NCBI GenBank assembly: GCA_963713925.1
Contig: OY970212.1
Span: 576,001 to 640,000, forward strand
Direction: 5' to 3'
DNA from: an uncultured bacterium
Lineage (GTDB): Bacteria; Babelota; Babeliae; Babelales; Vermiphilaceae
Length of the DNA stretch: 64,000 nt
The notes beneath the pieces are model-generated. The model made no database searches. It saw only the letters and a list, made by a program, of their open reading frames with translations, and was not told the DNA's origin. The translations under genes were made by a program, and so were the position numbers. Positions 57,291 through 64,000 of this stretch are shown piece after piece. The stretch's first letter is position 1; every line of letters starts with the position of its first letter.

Positions 57291-58514
57291 TTATCGATAC
57301 AGATTCGGGTGTTTCTTCTGATTTATATCTCGTCTAATGAAAGCATTAATTTTATTTAACAGGATCTTTTTATATTGATTCTTATATTGATCCGGCAAGT
57401 TGGAAGGAAAATAGGTAAAACCATCAAGAGTTTGCTGTGCAAGTGGGGTCAATTGTTGTTGTGCGCTCTCAATATCCTGGAGAGAGCTTTGCGCATTAAT
57501 CTTTTTAAGTACTTCTTTATACAGATCTTTACCTCGTATCTCATTGAGAATGTCTATTGCCGTCTGCGTACTGACTTCATTTCCTTTCTGGACATATCCA
57601 TTTATGATGGATTTCAGATTCTTTTGAAGTGCGGGCTTAAAGAACTCTGATCGAATAAGCCTGTCATATGAGTCCAATCTATCTGTTAATTGCTGACCAG
57701 CCATACGATTTGAAATTTGTGTCATTTTATACTTTTCTAACTGTGAATCTAAATTGGTTAAAATAATATTAGAGATCTGATCTTCAGGGCTTTGAGTATT
57801 TTTTTCTGAGTAGAGAGCCTGATAGGATTCAAGTGTATTCATATACTGATAAGGTTCAGATAAATAATACGCAATGCTTTTTAATAATGGTGATAATTGC
57901 TGATTTTGACCAAAAAAGTGCTGCGCTTGATCTTGTTGCCATTGATCGGCAAGCTCAGAAATTGTGTCTTGGATGGTGTTTTTTATTTCTTCCGGATATT
58001 CCTGCAGAGCCAAAAATTGCAAACGCTGTGGGTAATTAGCAAAAATGCTATTGCCGGAAGGATAATCGCCAAGCTCTAGTTTTTCCAATTGTTTGATTTG
58101 TCCCGATGCCTTTTTTCCGGGAGCATAGAGTTTTTTGAGCTCGTTAAAATAATAATCAGTACCAGAGGTAACTTGTTGATGAGAATAAAGCGCTTTAATC
58201 GCTTTTCCTATCATGCTTTTTATCCCCGATCGAGTGTTGTCATCTTGAAGCATTTTTTTATACTGTTCATCTTGCTTACATTGTTGATCAGTAATAATCT
58301 TATTTCCCAATTTATATACGCAATAAGAACCGACTACCGTTGCCGCAAATCCGGCCGCTGTCAGATAAGGATTTGATCTTGCTCGATCCCAGAGTGATCC
58401 GAAATAATTTTGAACGGATTGCCACCATGTCTGTTTTGAATCTGCCCCAAATACAGGCGATTGCAAATTGAACAAAATTAAACCGGAAAAAATAAGAGAA
58501 TTCATGCGTTTCAT
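57291..58514 (-). CDS. Hypothetical secreted Gln-rich protein with one TM helix
   Basis: Signal peptide, GAGG upstream, low GC. Confidence 0.7.
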   Translation of the reverse strand: MKRMNSLIFSGLILFNLQSPVFGADSKQTWWQSVQNYFGSLWDRARSNPYLTAAGFAATVVGSYCVYKLGNKIITDQQCKQDEQYKKMLQDDNTRSGIKSMIGKAIKALYSHQQVTSGTDYYFNELKKLYAPGKKASGQIKQLEKLELGDYPSGNSIFANYPQRLQFLALQEYPEEIKNTIQDTISELADQWQQDQAQHFFGQNQQLSPLLKSIAYYLSEPYQYMNTLESYQALYSEKNTQSPEDQISNIILTNLDSQLEKYKMTQISNRMAGQQLTDRLDSYDRLIRSEFFKPALQKNLKSIINGYVQKGNEVSTQTAIDILNEIRGKDLYKEVLKKINAQSSLQDIESAQQQLTPLAQQTLDGFTYFPSNLPDQYKNQYKKILLNKINAFIRRDINQKKHPNLYR

Positions 58515-58688
58515 AAGAGAGATACCTCAAATAAATACTATGTTCTTTACATGTATTATCTCATTTTGAAATTCTATTAGTCAATGTTTTAAGGCAAGGG
58601 TAAAGAAAAGTATGTAAGATACATGATTTCAAAATTGAGGTTATATGGTGATATTTTCATGTTTAATACCGCAAGAAGCAAACTCTCC

Positions 58689-58896
58689 CGTTTTACCAAT
58701 GCTTATACCCCACACTTACGTGCGGGACCCCAAATACGCACCGGGCGCCACTCCGTTCGTGGTGAGCGAAGCCGTATTTACGGCGCAGTCGAATCCATAT
58801 CGAACGGAAAATACTTGATCAAAATTTTATTCTTACTCATGTTACGTGAACGTTCGTATGGATTCGATTTCGCTACGCTACACTCACCACGAACGA
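58689..58896. repeat. Family A inverted pair (opposite polarity) plus family B copy
   Basis: CCGTTCGTGGTGAGCG..TCGAATCCATATCGAACG and CGTTCGTATGGATTCGA..CTCACCACGAACG; TTATACCCCACACTTACGTGCGGGACCCC. Confidence 0.85.
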
Positions 58897-59018
58897 AGTG
58901 GAACTATTTTGTACTTTCAAGAGTTCAACGGAACAAATGAGCACATTAAAAAATGTACTCATTTGTTCTTCTTTTTTGCATACTGAGTCTGATTTATAAT
59001 TTTTATGTGAAAGATAGT

Positions 59019-61391
59019 ATGAACTATATACGCTTTTTTGATCAGATACGTATTACCGATATTCCGCTTGTCGGAGGGAAAAATGCATCGCTGGGGGAGA
59101 TGATTCAAACGCTTTCTCAGCTTGGTGTTCGGGTGCCCAATGGGTTTGCCTTGACAGTGGTAGCCTATCATCGATTCATGGAATTCAATAAACTGAGCGA
59201 ACCGATCAAATCTTTGCTTGCACCAATCACAAAAGATTCTGATACGAAAGCATTGGAACAAGCAGGTAAAAAGGTTCGTGAGTTGATTTTGGCATCTTCG
59301 TTGCCATCTGATATTGCCCAAGAACTATCTGAAGCATATAAAACCTTGTCCTCACACTATGGAGAGCTGGCTATTTCTGTTGCCGTGCGCTCATCTGCAA
59401 CGGCAGAAGATTTGCCCAATGCATCATTTGCCGGGCAACAAGAGACATTTCTGAATGTCCGCGGAGCACAAGAATTGGAACGCGCCTGCGTGAAAGCATA
59501 CGCATCACTATTTACCGATCGCGCCATCTATTATCGATTGGAACATGGCTTTTCTCATGAACAGGTGGCGCTTTCGATCGGGATTCAAAAAATGGTGCAA
59601 TCCGACGTTTCTGGAGTTGCATTCTCGCTTGATACAGAAACCGGATTTCCTGATGTGGTGCTGATCAATGCGTCATATGGATTGGGTGAATTGATTGTGC
59701 AAGGTGCCATAGTTCCCGATGAGTTCATCGTTCATAAGCCGACATTTGTACAGGGATTCCGATCCATCATTCAAAAAGTACAGGGATCAAAGAAGGAAAA
59801 AATGATCTATGGCGATGGCGCTGATAAAGCTACTCGCATTGTCCCCGTTGAAACAAGTGCGCAAAAACGTTTTTGCTTAACGGATGATCAAGTGCTCGAG
59901 CTTGCTCATGCTGTTATTGCCATTGAAGATCATTACACAAAAATCAAAAAACAGTGGTGTCCCGTCGATGTTGAATGGGCACTAGAATCAGGGACATTAT
60001 ATATCGTTCAAGCGCGACCCGAGACTGTTTTTTCACAGCAGCAAAATGCCGTCGTCGTTGAAAGATTTCAGTTGCGAGGAACTCCCGGTAAAGCGATTGC
60101 GTCAGGGGCTGCTATTGGTTTTAAGATCGCCAGTGGAAAAGCCCACATTTTAAAATCAGTCTCACAGATAGATTCCGTTCAGAAGGGCGATATTATTGTC
60201 ACAACAATGACTGACCCTGATTGGGTGCCGGCATTAAAAAAATGTGCAGGTATCATAACAGAGCAAGGAGGCAGGACCTGCCATGCGGCTATTGTGAGTC
60301 GAGAGTTGGGTATTCCGGCAATTGTCGGTGTTCAAGGGGCTCTTGAACGCATCAAACAGGGCACAGAGATAACAATTGATTGTAGTCAAGGGCAAATCGG
60401 CTTTGTATATGAAGGGTCGGTGCCGTTTGATCGGATTGAACAAAAGCTACAATCAAAGAGGACAGGAAAAACAAAATTATATGTGAATGTGGCCGAACCA
60501 CGGAGCGTATTTCGCTTGAGCCGGTATCCGATTGATGGGATAGGGCTTGCGCGGCTTGAGTTTGTTATTAGCAATGAAATTAAAATTCATCCCATGGCCT
60601 TACTGCATCCGGAGCGAGTGAAAGATTCAAAAACAAGAGCTTTGATTGACGAGCGGATTGCCGGATATGCAACCGGGGCTGAATTTTATATTGATCGTCT
60701 TTGCCAGGCGATCGGCACATTGGCTGCCGGCATGTACCCACGAAGCGTGACGGTGCGGCTTTCTGATTTCAAATCAAATGAATATAGATCCTTGCTCGGC
60801 GGCGCTTTTTTTGAGCCTGAGGAGGAGAATCCTATGATTGGCTGGCGCGGGGCCTCGAGATACTATGACGCTGGATTTAAGGAGGCGTTTGTGCTTGAAT
60901 GCCAGGCGATCAAAAAGGCTCGGGAATACATGGGAATGAAAAATATCCGAGTGATGGTTCCTTTTGTCAGAACGCTTACAGAAGCGGAAAAGGTAGTTGC
61001 GATTCTCGGGCAACAGGGATTAGTTTCCGGGGTGGATGGCCTTGAGCTGGTCATGATGGTTGAAATTCCCTCCAATGTGATTTTATTGGAGCAATTTGCC
61101 CATTATTTTGATTCTTTTTCCATAGGTTCAAACGATTTAACACAAATGGTACTTGGAGTTGATCGGGATTCTTCCCTGGTTTCACATGTGTTTGATGAGC
61201 GGGACCCGGCCGTTATGGAGATGCTCCACCAGGCGATCGTTAAGGCACACAAGGTTAAAAAGCAGATCAGCATTTGTGGCCAGGCGCCATCCGATTACCC
61301 TGATTTGGCAAAACAGCTCGTTGCCTGGGGCATAGATGGCCTATCCTTAAACCCTGATTCAGTATACGAGCTTGTAGAGAAGATTTTTTAA
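59019..61391 (+). CDS. ppsA: Phosphoenolpyruvate synthase
   Basis: VGGKNASLGEM, AVRSSATAEDLP.ASFAGQQ, GGRTCHAAI, SIGSNDLTQ. Confidence 0.97.
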   Translation: MNYIRFFDQIRITDIPLVGGKNASLGEMIQTLSQLGVRVPNGFALTVVAYHRFMEFNKLSEPIKSLLAPITKDSDTKALEQAGKKVRELILASSLPSDIAQELSEAYKTLSSHYGELAISVAVRSSATAEDLPNASFAGQQETFLNVRGAQELERACVKAYASLFTDRAIYYRLEHGFSHEQVALSIGIQKMVQSDVSGVAFSLDTETGFPDVVLINASYGLGELIVQGAIVPDEFIVHKPTFVQGFRSIIQKVQGSKKEKMIYGDGADKATRIVPVETSAQKRFCLTDDQVLELAHAVIAIEDHYTKIKKQWCPVDVEWALESGTLYIVQARPETVFSQQQNAVVVERFQLRGTPGKAIASGAAIGFKIASGKAHILKSVSQIDSVQKGDIIVTTMTDPDWVPALKKCAGIITEQGGRTCHAAIVSRELGIPAIVGVQGALERIKQGTEITIDCSQGQIGFVYEGSVPFDRIEQKLQSKRTGKTKLYVNVAEPRSVFRLSRYPIDGIGLARLEFVISNEIKIHPMALLHPERVKDSKTRALIDERIAGYATGAEFYIDRLCQAIGTLAAGMYPRSVTVRLSDFKSNEYRSLLGGAFFEPEEENPMIGWRGASRYYDAGFKEAFVLECQAIKKAREYMGMKNIRVMVPFVRTLTEAEKVVAILGQQGLVSGVDGLELVMMVEIPSNVILLEQFAHYFDSFSIGSNDLTQMVLGVDRDSSLVSHVFDERDPAVMEMLHQAIVKAHKVKKQISICGQAPSDYPDLAKQLVAWGIDGLSLNPDSVYELVEKIF

Positions 61392-61430
61392 AGGGTGCGT
61401 TCTGAAAAACCTTTTTACATCAACGTTTAT

Positions 61431-61459
61431 TTGACATAATTTTCAATCTGAATTAGGAT
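61431..61459 (+). promoter_or_regulatory. Sigma70 promoter of DEAD-box helicase
   Basis: TTGACA-17 nt-TAGGAT. Confidence 0.7.
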
Positions 61460-61564
61460 AAGAAGGTATTCAGTAGGGCGATCATAACGGGCCCTATCGA
61501 GGGCGTACCGCGGCGGTACAGGAATAATATCTCGTTATGAAATGCTTTAACTACAAGTGATACT

Positions 61565-63259
61565 ATGACATTTAAAGATCTTTCTTTGCGTCCTGAAATT
61601 CATCAGGCGCTTTCTGACCTTGGATTCACTAACCCAACCGAAATTCAAAGCAAGGCTATTCCAGCCCTGCTCACCCAAGAATTTGTTGATTTCCATGGTC
61701 AAGCTCAAACAGGAACCGGTAAAACGCTTGCGTTCGGGATTCCTCTTGTTGAGCATGTAAAAGTTGAAAAAAAAGTAACTCAAGCGCTTATTGTTGCGCC
61801 AACCCGTGAATTGGTATTGCAAATTGCTGACAGCATTAAGTCAGTTGCAAAAGGGTTGCCTCTTTCTGTTGTGCCTATTTATGGCGGTGCTCCGATGTAT
61901 GAGCAAACTTCTGCATTGCGCAAGGGTGCTCACATTGTTGTGGGAACTCCAGGCCGACTCAACGATCATCTTCGTCGAGGAACATTAAAATTAGACAATG
62001 TCAAAACATTGGTTCTTGATGAAGCAGATATCATGCTTGATATGGGCTTTAAAGAGGAAATGGAAGAGATTTTATCTCACATTCCTCAACAACGACAAAT
62101 TTGGTTGTTCTCAGCAACCGTCAAACAAGGTATTAGCGACATTATGCGTACCCACATGAAAAATACCGTGAGTGTGCGTGTTGCAAAACAAGATACCGGT
62201 GCTCCAAAAACAAAACAATATTTTGCAACCGTTTCTCAAAAAGATAGACTTCGTGCATTAATTCGCTTTATCGATGCGGTCCCTTCTTTCTATGGATTTG
62301 TGTTCTGCCAGACAAAATTGCTTGCAGCTCAAATTTCGCAAGAGTTGGTCAAAGCAGGATATAAAGCAAATGCATTGCATGGTGATATGAGCCAAGCGCA
62401 GCGAAATCATGTGATTGCTGAATTTAAAAGCAAAACATTTACCATTTTGATCTGTACCGACGTTGCAGCTCGTGGTATTGACGTTTCAGACTGTACCCAT
62501 GTGATGAACTTCAGCTTGCCGGAAGATCAAGAAAGTTACGTTCACCGTGTGGGCCGTACCGGTCGTGCCGGAAAAGAAGGAACGGCAATTTCATTTATCT
62601 CTTCCTGGCAAACACGCTTTATTAAAACATTGGAACGTAAGTTTAATGTTGAAATAAAGCCGATCAATGTGCCAACCTTTGAAGAAATTGCACATATTAA
62701 GGTCGTTCAAGCGAATGATCATCTCAAGCAGATGATTGAAAGCAAAACTGAACAAAACTATTACACACATAAATTGTCAGAATTCATCAACGCGTTTACC
62801 ACGGATGAATTAAAAAAAGCAGTTGTTCAATTGCTCAATGAAAAATTCTGCAAAGAAATGAAAGTGGAAGATGACAAATCATTTGCGAATGCAGCTTCAC
62901 GCCAAGTTCGCGAAAACGTCAGTGATGAGGCTCGTTCAGAAGTGACCATTTTCATGGGAACCGATGATGGGTTAACCCAAGAAGAGTTAGACCAATTCTT
63001 GAAAGAATGTAAATCGGTCGATATCTCCGACATGGCACGTGTGCGCGTAATTAGAAAACGCTCATTTATCAAGATTTCCCCTGAACAAGGTAACAAGCTT
63101 GTCAATGAAATCAAGGGACAAATGCTTGCAGGAATGCGTATTCGCGCAGCTGTGACTGTTGATGAAGATCGAGGCTTTGAATCCGGTCGACGTGAAAATC
63201 GCGGCGGCGGAAGAAGCGGCGGTTCTTCTCGTGGAAGATCTTCCGGTCGTAGACGATAA
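61565..63259 (+). CDS. DEAD-box RNA helicase (DeaD/CshA-like with DbpA-type C-terminal domain)
   Basis: AQTGTGKT, PTREL, DEAD, SAT, ARGID, HRVGRTGR, RGG tail. Confidence 0.95.
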   Translation: MTFKDLSLRPEIHQALSDLGFTNPTEIQSKAIPALLTQEFVDFHGQAQTGTGKTLAFGIPLVEHVKVEKKVTQALIVAPTRELVLQIADSIKSVAKGLPLSVVPIYGGAPMYEQTSALRKGAHIVVGTPGRLNDHLRRGTLKLDNVKTLVLDEADIMLDMGFKEEMEEILSHIPQQRQIWLFSATVKQGISDIMRTHMKNTVSVRVAKQDTGAPKTKQYFATVSQKDRLRALIRFIDAVPSFYGFVFCQTKLLAAQISQELVKAGYKANALHGDMSQAQRNHVIAEFKSKTFTILICTDVAARGIDVSDCTHVMNFSLPEDQESYVHRVGRTGRAGKEGTAISFISSWQTRFIKTLERKFNVEIKPINVPTFEEIAHIKVVQANDHLKQMIESKTEQNYYTHKLSEFINAFTTDELKKAVVQLLNEKFCKEMKVEDDKSFANAASRQVRENVSDEARSEVTIFMGTDDGLTQEELDQFLKECKSVDISDMARVRVIRKRSFIKISPEQGNKLVNEIKGQMLAGMRIRAAVTVDEDRGFESGRRENRGGGRSGGSSRGRSSGRRR

Positions 63260-63272
63260 ACAAGAAGATAAT

Positions 63273-63306
63273 AAAAAAAGGCTCGGTGAAAACCGAGCCT
63301 TTTTTT
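63273..63306. terminator. Bidirectional terminator
   Basis: AAAAAAAGGCTCGG-TGAAAA-CCGAGCCTTTTTTT. Confidence 0.85.
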
Positions 63307-63312
63307 ATTAAG

Positions 63313-63711
63313 TTAATAGGGCGCAATTTGAATTGTCAAAGGAACAAGCTGATCTGGTTCATCAGGATTCCGGACAAATATTCGTACTTTTCTTAGCCCT
63401 AACTGACGAGCCACATCTTCAATGATTCTTCCTGTTGCTGAAATGGAATCAATTGCAGGATCAGTCAGTCGCTCCTTGATATGGTTCCAAATTTTGCGGA
63501 AGGTTTCAAAGTCTCTCTTTGGGTTATCTGAATTGGCTTGTTCCATAATGCGTTGTTTGATGCTTTTATCATTTTCTTCCATAACGCTTTGCACATATTC
63601 TCGCACGAGTCGATTTTTCTCGGCATCGGCCGCACATAATGAGAAGTTTACCCCGCAAGTCGCAATGATAGCAAAAGTTATTATTTGTTTAGTTTGTCTA
63701 TTTGTTTTCAT
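63313..63711 (-). CDS. Hypothetical secreted protein
   Basis: Signal-like N-terminus, AAGGA RBS. Confidence 0.65.
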   Translation of the reverse strand: MKTNRQTKQIITFAIIATCGVNFSLCAADAEKNRLVREYVQSVMEENDKSIKQRIMEQANSDNPKRDFETFRKIWNHIKERLTDPAIDSISATGRIIEDVARQLGLRKVRIFVRNPDEPDQLVPLTIQIAPY

Positions 63712-63738
63712 CCCAATTCCTTACTGAATCTATCCTCA

Positions 63739-63999
63739 TTAAATTCTATTTTTGAACTGTTTGTACAATCCGGGCAATGATGTTACCTCTGACCGAGAGG
63801 GGGCTTTCTTATATGGTCCTCTCACGTAGGTGTGGGGTATCTTATTTTTTTCATAGTTTTTATACGATTTATACGCATGTAGGTCATATTTTAAATCATG
63901 TGCGTGGCCACAGCGAGAGCACTCTCCACGATTATCAGATGTTTTATATTTCCAACAGGGGCAATTGCAGGAAACCGGCTGATATGATTTGTTGTCAAA
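63739..63999 (-). CDS. Partial Cys-rich protein (5' end outside window)
   Basis: Open frame FDNKSYQPVSCNCPC..CSRCGHAH.. ending in TAA at 63739. Confidence 0.55.
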   Translation of the reverse strand, partial: FDNKSYQPVSCNCPCWKYKTSDNRGECSRCGHAHDLKYDLHAYKSYKNYEKNKIPHTYVRGPYKKAPSRSEVTSLPGLYKQFKNRI

Positions 64000-64000
64000 T

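Overview
A 64 kb window of a bacterial chromosome. Gene content suggests Candidatus Dependentiae/Babelota (TM6), intracellular parasites of protists; this is inferred from an ATP-dependent DNA ligase, a signal-peptide MutS-V protein, PP2C and ankyrin proteins, scavenging transporters and many orphan secreted proteins. Housekeeping blocks (serS, hemW, secD, pgsA/plsY/ligase, rsmG, gatCA, dusB, mreC, sppA, pyrG, nupC, prfA, rpmE, brnQ, ppsA, DEAD-box helicase; 5 tRNAs) flank a ~22 kb accessory island that starts at the 3' end of tRNA-Asp. Three things stand out. (1) A tRNA-Asp-anchored tandem array of units is bounded by CCGCCA cores. Each core is preceded by DNA encoding an alternative C-terminal tail for the resident large serine recombinase. 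Cargo includes a toxin-immunity pair, a nonsense-interrupted Rep gene and putative effectors. (2) Three families of short palindromic repeats nest into one another, sit on tRNA CCA ends and are inserted in frame in proteins. (3) Three small proteins have a Sec signal peptide followed by what resembles a mitochondrial presequence. All product calls come from motif recognition by eye; no database search was run.
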